This document shows, one piece after another, positions 50,571-62,948 of a stretch of DNA of 64,000 bases. Origin of the DNA: Mobula hypostoma (taxonomy: Eukaryota). The notes below the pieces were generated by a model that was given only the letters and a program-made list of their open reading frames with translations, was not told the origin of the DNA and did no database searches. Positions within the stretch are counted from its first letter, which is position 1; the number at the start of each line of letters is the position of its first letter. Position numbers and translations under genes: made by a program. Location: contig NC_086097.1 of the NCBI RefSeq assembly GCF_963921235.1, positions 213,282,001-213,346,000 on the forward strand, read 5' to 3'.

Positions 50571-52756
50571 GTGAGACTAGGTTGCAGGAGAGGCAGGACT
50601 GAGCACAATGTTCTGAATTTCCAATGTTTCAGATGTGATTGAGCGGGAGGGATTAAAGGGGAAGGGGTGGCATTACTAGTCAGAGAAAATGTCACAGCAA
50701 TGCTCAGTCAGGACAGACTGGAGAGCTTGTCTAGAGAGGCTTTATGGATAGAACTGAGGAATAAGAAAGGTATGACCACATTTACAGTATGTGGGATTCA
50801 GAGGAGCAAATTTGTAGGGATTGTGGACTGTTGCAAAATATACAAGGTTATGATAGGTGATTTTAACTTTCCACATATTGACTGGGACTACCATGCTTTA
50901 AAAGGACTGAATGGGAAAGAATTTGTCCAATGTGTTCAGGAAACTTTCCTTATAAAGTACATAGAAGTCCCATCTAGAGTGTGATATTATGGAATGAGAC
51001 AGGGCAGATGACCAAAGATTATGTACGGGAACACTTTGCATCTAGTGATCATAATGCCATTAATTTTAAGGTAATTATGGAAAAAAATTGGTCTGGTCCT
51101 CAGATTAAGATTCTAAATTGGGGAAAGGCCAATTTTAATGGTATCAGAATTGATCTGGCAAGTGTGGATTGGGACAGGTTGTTTTCTGGCAAAGGTGTAC
51201 TTGGTAGGGGGAGGCCTTCAAAAGTGAAATTTTAAGAGTACAGAGTTTGTATATTCCTGTCACGATAAAGGGTAAGGACAAGTTTAGGGAGCCTTGGTTG
51301 TCGAGATCATTTGAGGTTCTGGTTAAGAAAAAGGTGTATAGCAGGTGCAGGCAGGAGCAAATGTGGTACTTAAGGAATATAAGAAATGCAAGAGAATATG
51401 AGGGAAATCGGCAGGGCTAAAAGAAGACATTAAGTTGATCTAGCAGACAAGGTAAAGGAGGATTCTAAGGGCTTCTATATTAGGAGCAAAAGGATAGCAC
51501 GGGACAGAATTTGACCTTTTGAAGAACAAGGTGGTAATCTTTGTGTGGAGCGGAAAGAGTTGGGGGAGATCTTAAATTGATTTTTTGCATCTATACTTGC
51601 TCAGGAGATGGACACAATCTATAGATGTGAGGTCATGGACCCCATACAGATTATAGAGGAGGAGATGTTTGCTGTTTTGAGGCAGATTAGGGTGGATAAA
51701 TCCTCAGAGCCTGACAGTGTGTTTAGGGCAAGTGCAGAAATTGCAGGGGACCCAGCAGAGATATTCAAAACATCCTTGGCCAGGGACGAGATACTGGATG
51801 GATTGGAGGATAGCTCATGTTCTGTTGCTTAAGACTGGAAATTACAGGCAAGTGAGCCTGACATCAGTAGTTAGAAAGTTATTAGAAGGTGTTCTAAGGG
51901 ACTGGATATTAAGTACTTGGATCAACAGGAACTGATTAGGGTTAGTCAACATTGTTTTGTGCATGATAAGTCATGTCTAACCAATCTTAAGAGTTTTTCA
52001 GTATGGTTACCAGGAAAGTTGATGAAGGCTAGGTAGTGGATACTGTGTACGTGGACTTTTGACAAGTACACATGGGAGGTTGGTCAAGAAGGTTCAGTCG
52101 TTTGGCATTCAAGATGAGGAAGTAAATTGGATTGAACATTGGCTTTGCGGAAGAAGCCAGCAAGTGGTTGTAGATGGTCACCTCTCTGACTGGAGGCCTG
52201 TGACGAGTTGTGTGTCACAGAAATTGGTGCTAGGTTTGTGTTTGTCATCTGTATCAGCAATTTGGATGATAATGTGGTAAAATGGGTTAGCAAATTCACA
52301 GATAATATCAAGATTGACAGTGAAGAAGGCTGTTGTGGCTTGCAGTGGGATCTGGACCAGCTGGAAAAATGGCAAATTGAATTTAACGCAGACAAGTGTG
52401 AGGTGTTGCAGTTTGGGAGGACCAACCAATGTCGTTCTTAGACAGTGAGCGGTAAGGCACTGAGGAAGTGCTGTAGAATAGAGGGATCTGGGAATACATA
52501 CCCATAATTCCTTGAAGGTGGCATCACAGGTAGATGGGTTGTAAAGAAGGCTTTTTGCATATTGGCCACCTTTAATCATAGTATTGAGTATAGGCATTGG
52601 GATGTTATATTGAAATTGTGTAAGAAGTTGGTGAGGCCGAATTTGGAATATTGTATTCAGTTTTGGTCACCTAACTACAGGAAAGATGTAAATATGATTG
52701 AAAGAGTGCAGGGAAAAATTGACAAGGGTGTTGCCGGGACTCAAGGGCCCGAGTTA

Positions 52757-54372
52757 CAGTGGCATGCAAAAGTTTGGGCACCCCTAGTCAAAATTTCTGT
52801 TACTGTGAGTAGCTAAGCGAGTAAAAGATTTCCAAAAGGCATAAGGTTAAAGGTGACACATTTCCTTAATATTTTAAGCAAGATTATTTATTTTTTATTT
52901 CCATCTATTACAGTTTCAAAATAACAAAAAAGGAAAAGGACCCAAAGCAAAAGTTTGGGTACCCTGCATGGTCAGTGGTACTTGCCAAAGTATCAGTGTC
53001 AACACCCACTTGCCAAGTATCACAGCTTGTAAACACTTTCTGTAGCCAGCTAAGAGTCTTTCAATTCTTGTTTGGGGGATTTTTGCCCATTCTTCCTTGC
53101 AAAAGGCTTCTAGTTCTGTGAGATTCTTGGACCGTGTTGCATCCACTGCTCTTTTGAGGTCTATCCACAGATTTTCGATGATGTTTAGGTGGGACTCTGA
53201 GGGCCATGGCAAAACCTGCAGCTTGCGCCTCTTGAGGTAGTCCATTGTGGATTTTGAGGTGTGTTTAGGACCATTATCCTGTTGTAGAAGCCATCCTCTT
53301 TTCATCTTCAGCTTTTTTACAGATGGTGTGATGTATGCTTCCAGAATTTGCTGGCATTTAATTGATTTCATTCTTCCCTCTACCAGAGAAATATTCCCTG
53401 TGCCACTGGCTGCAGCACAAGCATGATTGATCCACCCCTGTGCTTAACAGTTGGAGAGGTGATCTTTTCATGAAATTCTGCACCTTTTTTTTTCCCCAAA
53501 CAAACCTTTGCTCATTGTGGCCAAAAAATTCCATTTTAACTTCATCAGTCCACAGGACTTGTTCCCAAAATGCATCAGGCTTGTTCGTTTGCAAGCTTCT
53601 GACGCTGAATTTAATGGTGAGGACACAGGAAAGGTTTTCTTCTGGTGACTGTTCCATGAAGGTTATATTTGTGTAGATGTCACTGCACAGTAGAACAGTG
53701 CACCACCAGTCCAGAGTCTGCTAAATCTTCCTGAAGGTCTTTTGTAGTCAAATGGGGGTTTTGATTTGCCTTTCTAGCAATCCTCCGAGCAGTTCTCTCA
53801 GAAAGTTTTCTTGGTTTTCCCAGACCTCAACTTGACCTCCAACGTTCCTGTTAACTGCCATTTCTTAATTACATTACAAACTGAGGAAGCGGCTACCTGA
53901 AAACGCTTTGCTGTCTTCTTGTAGCCTTCTCCTGCTTTGTGGGCATCATTTATTTTAATTTTCAGAGTGCTAGGCAGCTGCTTAGATGAGCCCATGGCTG
54001 CTGATTGTTGGGACAAGGTTTGAGGAGTCAGGGTATTTATAAAGCTTTGAAATTTGCATCACTTGGCCTTTCCTAACAATGACTGTGAACAAGCCATAGC
54101 CCTAACAAGCTAATTAAGGTCTGAGACCTTGGTAAAAGTTATCTGAGAACTCAAATCTCTTGGGGAGCCCAAACTTTTGCATGGTGCTGCTTTCCTTTTT
54201 CCACTCTAAAATTGTACAAAACAAAAATAATGCACTAATCTTGCTTAAAATGTTGAAAAGAATGTTTCATCTTTAACTTTGACTTTTGGAGATCAGTTCA
54301 TCTTCTACTCACTTAACTATTCACAGTTACAGAAATTTTCACCAGGGGTGCCCAAACTTTTGCATGCCACTG
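52757..54372 (-). mobile_element. full-length Tc1 transposon, frameshifted transposase
   Basis: Perfect TIR CAGTGGCATGCAAAAGTTTGGGCACCCCT with TA on both sides; WTDE, QQDNGPKH, LNIIENLW. Confidence 0.95.
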
Positions 54373-54374
54373 TA

Positions 54375-54605
54375 TGGGCACAGGAGTACATTCAGCCAGA
54401 GACTCATTCCACCGAGCAAACTTTACAACTCCTCCCTTGGAGGGTCAGACACCCTGAGCCATTAGGCTGGTCCTGGACTTATTTCCTGGCACAATTTACA
54501 TATTACTATTTAACTATTTGTGGTTTTATTACTATTTAATTACTTATGGTGCAACTGTAACGAAATCCAATTTCCCCCGGGATCAGTAAAGTGTGACTAT
54601 GACTA
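54375..54605 (+). mobile_element. Rex1-like 3' fragment
   Basis: ccaatttcccccgggatcagtaaagt followed by a (GACTAT)n tail. Confidence 0.7.
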
Positions 54606-55254
54606 TAGTGAAAGGTGTTAAGACTTTATTCCCTAAAATATAGAAGATTGAGAGGAGATTTGAAAGAGGTATATGAAATTGAGGGGTATAGTTAGAGTAA
54701 ATGCATGCAGGCTTTTTTCCACTGAGGTTGAGTGAGACTACAACTAGAGGTTATGGGTTAAGGGTGAAAATTGAAGTTTAGATAGGTACATGGATGGGAG
54801 GGGTATGGAGGGCTCTGGACTAGCTGCAGATCATTGGGAATAGGCAGATTAATGGTTTGGCATGGACTAGATGGGCCAGAGGCCCTGTTTCTGTGCTGTG
54901 GTGTTCTGTGATTCTAAATAAATTAATCAGCTTTAATTGTAATATGTAGAATACACCAGCAGGTCTCCAATGTGTTGTTCCCACTGAATTTTCTCTGTCG
55001 TGCTAAATTGACTGATTGCTCAAGCACAGCAACAAAATAAAAATATGAGCTGGATGTGTTAGGCAAAATTTACAGCCTGTGGTATTGGAGCAATGTTTAA
55101 GTGCAATAACAAGGAATTCCGGTAATGTCAGTAGAAATAGTTGGGGCGATGATGCTCTACAGTGGCTGGAGTCATTCCTCATAAACACTTAGGGTTCTTG
55201 TCATGGTTTCATCACAACCTGCTATCTCCAGTTGCTTTATCAGTGATGTTGTGT

Positions 55255-55775
55255 TGCTGAATTCTATTTGGAGCATATAAGACAGTGAATTTGTCTCGAT
55301 CTACATTCTCAAAAGACTTAGTCGATAGTCTTGGTTTATTCAAAGTAATAGGCAGATAACGTGTTGCCATGTAATTGTCAGTCAATAGAATGCCCAACAG
55401 CCATTGACATTCGGTATAATCGATTACGATAATAATCCCATGGTAACAAATAGCAGAAATCTACCTCCCACGTGCCCCACCCAATATCTTGCAACATCCT
55501 ACTTAATGTTATTAAGGAGTACTATCATCTTTTGTTTGACTTTGTTTACTGTCACCTCTGAAAGTAACTAAGATTAACCATAAACCATGCCTTTGTCACA
55601 GATGTCGTATCTAAGATTGGATTTTAGGATGCACTTTCTTTTGTCATTCTTCAGGTTCAAATATAAAGACAAGCTCTTCAGCAAAATGCCATGGAGTTTT
55701 GTAACTCTTTTTACCTAAACTGTAACATAGTGCCTCCAGAATACAAGAGAATTTAATGGAGTGGGAGAAGTCAGT
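55255..55775 (-). pseudogene. EVE-F: decayed Tymovirales-like methyltransferase (capping) domain
   Basis: LCYSL...AEELV...VHPK, VTVNKVK, DVARY (55484-55498), AICYHG, YMATRYLP, TVLYAP, collinear with tymoviral spacing. Confidence 0.68.
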
Positions 55776-57032
55776 TGTAATGTTTTGTAACTTCAGAACA
55801 TTAAACTAACTTGAAGGAAAGGAAGAGGGTCAGGAGATGAGAGTCTTAAATTTGTTCTTTCCTTTTGCCGAGGTGCGCACATATCATATAGTATGATGAC
55901 AGAATTCACATATTTAAATACATAACCCATAATGACATTTAAACAAAAATGCTTAATCAACCAATATATACAAGATTACTCAAATATTACTGAAATATGC
56001 AGCACTTCTCCCTATTTAGCTATAAACTCTAACACAATATAGAATGCATCTCAACTATATAAGCAATAGACTATGTGTTTTGAGGAACTAGAGAGGTTAC
56101 AGAAGGACTTGGATAGATTAGGAGAATAGGCAAAGAGATGGCAGATGGAATACGGAGTTGGGAAGTGTGTGGTTGTGCAGTTTGGTAGAAGAAATTAAAG
56201 GGTTGACCATTTTCTAAATGGAGAGCAAATACAAAAAAATTGAGGTGCAAAGGGACTCATCTCCGGTTGCCTGCCTTTTCACCATAACCCTTAATTTCCC
56301 TACTATGCAAAAATCTATCCAACCTTGTCCTAAATATATTTACTGAGGAAGCCTCCACTGCTTCATTGGGCAGAGAATTCTACAGAACCTGTGAATTCTT
56401 CTGTTTTCTGTCTCTCTTAAAACTTGTTTGTCTCTTCACATACTGGGTTGTGTGTTTTTTTTTGTTTGAATGTCTCACTGCGTTTCAGGTCGGTAGCCAC
56501 CTTGGGGTTCATTTTAAACCTACCTCATCGACACTTATGTTTTGTTAACTTTTAAACATTAAACTAATTCAAAGGAAAATGAGTCGGGAGATGCAAGTCT
56601 TAAGTATGTTTTTGACTTTAAGCGAGGCAGCATGGTAGTGTAGTGGTTAGCACAAAACTTTATGGTACCAGTGACTAGGGTTCAATTTCTACTGCCTCCT
56701 TGTGAGGAGTTTGTACGTTTTCCCATGTCCGTGTAGGTTTCTTCCTGCTGCTCTGGTTTCCTCCCACAGTCCAAAGACGTACCGGTTAGTAGGTTAATTG
56801 GAAATGGCTAAATTGAGGGATGTTGGGTGGCACAGCTCAAAGGGCCTATTCCACACAGTATCTCTGAATAAATAAATATCACATGGTAGTGTAATGACTT
56901 ATTTAGACATATAACAGTTCACTTATTTAAACATATAACCTGTAAAGTCTTATTTAAACAAACAAGAATTTTTAATCAACCAATATATACATAAAATTAC
57001 TCAACTATTACTGAAGTATTAAATATATAACA
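55776..57032 (-). mobile_element. small internally deleted LTR element (Gypsy-like) with nested CR1 pieces and a SINE
   Basis: Diverged LTRs about 55776-56004 and 56536-57032 (TG...CA); TSD tcagt/ttagt; PPT-like tagggagaag; PBS-like gtgtcgatgagg. Confidence 0.72.
56627..56877 (+). mobile_element. V-SINE/HE1-like SINE inside the LTR
   Basis: A box TAGTGTAGTGG, B box GGTTCAATTTC; ctctggtttcctcccacagtccaaagac core; aataaataaa tail. Confidence 0.82.
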
Positions 57033-59094
57033 TTAGTGAGGGGGAAATCCATAATTTTTTTTACTAAATTTTGTTACAAATTCATAATTGTCTGAAAGTT
57101 TGTATGTGATACACAATATACTTTGGTTTTGCCGAAGGCAAAACCTAGCTTTTTAAATGTCTTTGATTGAAATGTTTAATGTTCAACGTTAAATCATGTC
57201 ACGGGTCTTTCATATAAAACATAGTTGGGTGTTCGTGTACATGAACTTGCCAAAATAGTCTTGACATTAAGTATTATGTTTGAGTTACTAAGTGAGTAAT
57301 TTGCAGATCCCATGTGGAATTTAAGTTGTATAGAGTAGCATGGAATTTGAAACTGCAATTACCAATTAATACAATTTGTAAAGTCATTGAGGTAAAGTAT
57401 ATATTATTCAAAACACAGATTGAGTTGACTTGTACAGAGCAGCTTTCGTTCCAAAGGAATATGGAAGTATTTGATTAAATTTTGTACTGGCTAGAAGCCA
57501 AATTCACTTGTTCAGAGCCAAGAGTCATTTGAAAAGTGTATCATTTCCTGAAATTCCCCATGAACTGATTATTTTGGGAGCAAATTTGTGTATACTTTTT
57601 CAATTATCCAATCTTTTTTATGTGTTCATTTCTTCTGTATTTATAGCATCATGAGCTCAACCAATACATTAACAAATAAATTCAGTTGATTGATTGGTTT
57701 TGGAAATGGAAAGCAGTGTACACGTTTTATTCATTAAATAGGAAGAATATCTGCGATTTAGTAGGAATACCCTTCAGTTAAAAGCTTATGGCCACATTTT
57801 CTTATATGCAGAAACCATCTACATAAAAATATTACTATTTTAAGCTGCTGTAAATTGTAATTCAAATGTGATCTTAAGAGTTTCAGCCTGCATAGATGAA
57901 TCTACAAATTATAGCTTTATTTTTGGCACACTCATTCTTCCTGGAACTTCACAACCAGTGGTGGCCACAGTCAAATAGCAATTCTAAAGTCTAATCTTGA
58001 ACGGTGCTCATGTCTAAAGAAGGTACATTTCAGTTCTGCCCTCCTCCTAACTGACTAACATGTACAGTGAGAATGGGAGTATAAATACATTGGGTATAAA
58101 GAAACGGTGGGGGGGGGGGTGGAGGAGATATATGTTCAATGCAGTAAGGTACTGTTGATGTTAAAGAGTTGGCAAATGCTTAATAGATGGTAAGGCAGGA
58201 TGAAGAGTGAATGGCCTGCTATTTAGGAGTGGGATTGTGTCGATTTGCTTTTGTATATCAGGTGCGTTCAACTATTGTTTTATCACATGGAATGGAATTT
58301 ATGCCAGACACTTGTGATGTCAAATACCAGATGAGTTATTTACTCGTGTAGCACTTCAGGCCTTGTCTGCCAGTGCATTTGTCCTCGGGTTGGAGTCACC
58401 CATTGTTGAGGAGGGGAATGGAGCAGCATCCATCTAATTGTACTGCACAATTCACTATGAAATATGGCAAGACTGAAGAACTTGAGTTGAACTATTAGTT
58501 TTGGATTTGCCTTGTCACTATTCTTTAGCATGCTGAGTTAGAATGCAGCCTTCTCTGATTATCTTAGGCTTTGCTTTTTGCTGCTTGCTAACTAACAGTT
58601 TGCCCGGTGCTGCGCCCCAGAGTTTGCCCGGCAGAACAAGGTGGAGTAGGACAATTTACCATAATCTACAGTCATGCCACTGACTATATTCATGTATGGG
58701 TGAACCATAATTAAAAGGTGAATTTGAAACTTGATGGATGTGCCACACAGGGGTTACATTTGGTGGAATACTTGGCTGCTGTGTTAGCTCAGGGTGCAGC
58801 TTTCCGATCTGGGCTGCTAGGTGTCTACTGAGTCCATTTTTGAGATGGCAAAGGCATTTCAGTGTGATGGAGAGTACCCTCTGTATTGATTGGACTTTGT
58901 ACAAGGAGTACAGTATGATCATAATCAAACGAATTAGTGACCAGTAAATTTTTTTTAAAAGTCAAAAGAATGCATGCTGATTAGGCTAGGAGGAGGGAGC
59001 ACAACAAAGTATCAATTATTTGCTCATTTGACCAGAATCATGGCTGAAAGTTACTTGACTGGAAAACAGTTTGCTGGAAGAACTCTGTGTGATG

Positions 59095-59192
59095 AATGCT
59101 GACAATTCTATTCCTCCCACTGATGCTGCTTGACCCGCTGAGTTCTTCCAGATTGTTGCTCAGGATTCCAACATCTGCGGTCTTTTGTCTCC
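59095..59192. repeat. half copy of the Penelope-derived hairpin element
   Basis: gatgctgcttgacccgctgagttcttccag matches one arm. Confidence 0.65.
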
Positions 59193-59761
59193 TCGGCTTC
59201 TGACTTGCTTTTGTTTTCCCACGTTACACTTCATACACAGGACCACTGGAAAAAATTATTCTGCAGTGTATCTTAAAGTGAATTAAATCTTGATCAGGAA
59301 CATTTGAAATTCCCTGCTCAAATGCATTATGTTCCTTGCCTCCTCCATTCCTACCTAGCAGGAAGAGTACTGATTTGCTGGCCAAGGGAATGTAATAGTT
59401 TGCAATCAGTAAATTAATTCCATGTGAATAATCTTGTGTCATGGAGATATCATTTCATTTGAATATTTTTGTGCATTCCCATGCCATTCACACATTGTTG
59501 TTTGTCTCCACAATGTAGAGTTTTCACTAGTTGATCTGCACTCGTAAAACCTGGAGATGTGGGACACTAGAGGAAAAGAATGATTGATTACACTCAGGCT
59601 TTTGCTTGGTTCTTATGAGATGTTCACAGGGAGGACTTAATAGGATCACTGTGGATATATATGCTTGTGTCATGATTTTGGTTTTTAATGTATGCTGATA
59701 ATTGCCAGCTCTGTCAGTGTCCATATTGGCATGTTGCTTGTCTGACTTCCAATACCAGGAA

Positions 59762-60400
59762 GTTCAGATTCGGATTCATTTATTATCTGTACACAGAAGA
59801 ACCAAGTGAAATACATCATGTATGTTAACAGTCAATAACCTGAGGAGGTGCTGGGGGGCAGGTTGCAAGTGTTGCCACACATTCCAGTGCCAACATAGCA
59901 TGCCACAATGTTCAGAAGGACAACAGGACAAGCAACAAGACGTCAAAAGCAAAACAAGCCCCTTTCCTGCCTCCCACCCACTCACACTGACGGACAGTCC
60001 TTCAACTTCAGAACAGGCCTCTGGGCCTCCGGTCTCCAGGCTTTAGTCATTGGGCGTTGATTTCTGGATTACTGATTGACCTTTGGCTAGCTATTGACGG
60101 GACCCTGAATTCAAGACTTGACCTTCATGTTGCCTTTTTGTACGGACATCTAATCCTGGAGCCCACCGACTTGAGACAGCCCAAAATGCATGGATACCCT
60201 TTGTCACCTCTCCATATCTCTGGCCTTCGAGTGTAGAGTGGAGGCTTGACCTCTAAATTCTGCATATTGCTGTCCCTAAACTCCAATCTGAACCCTAACT
60301 GCCCTCTCTGACCACAAAACCATCTCTATGAACTTGTTTTAAAAAAAAAAATTAAATCTGTGCCACAGTATTTACTGAGACTGCAACTGGCTGCTATCCT
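59762..60400 (-). mobile_element. non-autonomous LINE-tailed repeat
   Basis: Minus-strand tail ataaatgaatccgaatctgaa. Confidence 0.5.
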
Positions 60401-61090
60401 GACGAACAGATTTTTGCACTACATGTTAGGAAGGCCAAAGCCACCCGTTTCTTAACATTAACTATCCCCCTTCGTATCAGCTGTATGAAACTGAACCAGG
60501 ATGTCTACAGGGCATTGGATTTTTCTCCATGATTCTTGATGATTAGCTCACTGTGTACTTGAACTTTGTCTCAACCTTGGTTTGAAAACGTCACCCATTC
60601 ATCACTTCATAATCCAGTTGCATGCTATCCCATGCCCTTTTCTATTGATGAACAGGCATGGGGTTCAGGCAGTGGTAGTAAAATAGAGAGATGTTTGTTT
60701 TTAAAGAATTCTGCTTCTATATTCTCCTTGCTAGAGTGTTTTTTTTTCTCTTGTGTCTCACAACAGGGTGAACCTTGCCTCTTTAACAGCTGTGTTTTCT
60801 CTTCCTTGATTGAGACCATCTGTTCTGCTTCCTCTCTTCCCCTTGTACTTTATCAAATCTCCCTCAAGATTCTCCAGAATCTTCTTGTGACTCCATTTTT
60901 CTACGAGGCACAACATCTGTCTTCTATAATATCATAACTTCAATCCCTTTATAATTTATATAATTATTAAATCCATTCACAATCTGACTTTTAAGCTATT
61001 GACTTTTAATTCTCTTTTTTTCCTTGTCTCGCTCCAGTGCTCCTCTTAATATCAAAGTATTTATTTGTTTAAAATAATCTAAAATGTATA

Positions 61091-62948
61091 CCCTATCCTC
61101 GTTATATGCTGGGGATGCGTTCCTCGAAGTCAACGCATAATATGAATAATTATTTAAATGGAGAAAATAGGGATATGTTCTGCAGACTTACTAAATATGC
61201 TTTATCTGTAATTTATTCACATTTTCATACCAATACGACACAAAAGCAGTACCACAAGGCAGCATTAGGGTTATATTTCATCAATTTAAGGTAATATTCA
61301 ATGTAATAAATCATAGAAAGTTGACAGTACTCACCAACAGTGGCGGGTGTGTCGCTCCAGGAGATGAGTGGTTGTGGTGTCGCGCAGCTTTACATGGATG
61401 AGGTGGATGGTTGTGTGTTGTCAGGATCTTCAAGGACAGCAAGGGGTGAAGGAAGACTCACAGAACTCTCAGTACTGCAGGCAGCAGATGATGACACTGG
61501 TTTAAAGAAAGTGGTGAGGGTTGTTTGCTTGGCAGCATTTTGTTTTTCAGCATGAATTTGCTTGTAGGGAAGAAGGCTTGACTGCAGGGAACGACTGAAA
61601 TGCTGACTCCGTTCTAAACTTGGGTCCATGTCCATCGCCATTTGTGACAAGTGTTCCGTAGCCTTAAAAAAATTCTGCCAGTTTCTTCACTGTAAAACCC
61701 TTCACCTGCAACTCGACACTTTCTTCTTCATTGTTACCACCTTCAGTCTGAGTTAAACGCAGAAGGTCATCCGCACTTAATTCTTCATCGTGTGAATCCA
61801 GGAATTCTACCACGTCAACAGTCTCGAGATCTGAGAATGCTTCCCAACCAATTTTATGGCTCAGGGCTACACAGTCCTGGACAGCTTCAGTGAAGACAGG
61901 AAACCCCTTGAGGGTGTGCACACAGTCCACCCAAATTGGTTTCCACGCTCCATTGAGAATGGAAGACCTGACCTCTTTCCAGGATTTGTCAATGTTGTCG
62001 ATGGTATGTCTGATGTTGAAAGACTTCCACCATTCCCTCACTGTTGGTAAGCTCCCAGGATTTTCGAAATCGTCTGTTGCTTGCAGCATCTGAGAGATAG
62101 TTCGCTGTAAAAAATACGCCTTGAATGTGGATATCATACCTTGGTCGAGTGGTTGAATCAGCAATGTTGTGTTAGGCGGCAGGAAACGCACTGTTAAGTT
62201 AGGATGAATGCTGTCCGAATGTTTAGGATGGGCTGGCGTATTGTCAAGCAACAAAAGAACTTTAAAGGCAAGATTTTGTACCCGGCAGTAGCGTTCAGCC
62301 TCAACAGCAAAATGATTAGCAAACCAATCTTCAAAGATTTGACCAGTGACCATGCTTCTTGTTAGCTGCCCAGTAGACAGGAAGCATATTCTTACTCAAA
62401 CCCTTAAGAGCACGGGGGTTTAGTGAATGGTAAGCTAAGAGAGGCTTCATCTTACAGTCTCCGGCATTGGAACACAAGAAAAGTCAATCTACCTTTTGCT
62501 GCCTTGAAACCTGACGCAGTTTTTCATCCTTACTTGTGTAAGTGCGTTTCGGCATATGCTTCCAAAAAAGCCTGGTCTCGTCTGCATTAAGCGCCTGCTT
62601 TGGTGTGATGCCTAACTCAACTATCATAGCCCGCAACTGCACAGGGTAGAGTTCAGCAGCTTCATCGTTAGCACTGGCTTGCTCACCATGCACAAAGTTC
62701 TGAAGCCTGTGACGATTAACAAACTTAGAAAACCATCCCCTACTTGCATTAAAGCTAACAATATCACTTGATACTTCCTCACTAGCCTCTGAACAAAGGC
62801 GACCATAAATTTCCAAAGCTTTCACACGAAGATGATCGGAACTAAGTGTTTTTTTTCTTTGTTTCATGCTCAATGTATAAACTCAACATTTTCTCCATTT
62901 TTGTCTTAATCGGGTTACGCAGTTTGGTAACAATCTTTGGAGACACTT
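61091..62948 (-). mobile_element. Tigger/pogo DNA transposon (CENP-B HTH + DDE_1), frameshifted, 5' part interrupted by CR1
   Basis: FNASRGWFSKF, NADETRLFWK, LLLLDNTPAHP, FLPPNTTLLIQPLDQG. Confidence 0.88.

Larger units (their letters stand above)
50575..54918 (+). mobile_element. degraded CR1 (EN+RT) carrying nested Tc1 and Rex1 pieces
   Basis: GDFNFPHIDW, SSDHN, LVRPNLEYCIQFWSP; tail gtgttctgtgattcta. Confidence 0.85.

Noticed and set aside
55270..55305. CRESS-DNA virus capsid motif (DRDKFTVLY)
   Set aside because: Single short match; surrounding motifs fit the alpha-like methyltransferase instead
61390..62873. Domesticated TIGD-like gene
   Set aside because: Frameshifted and interrupted by a CR1; it is a decayed transposon copy
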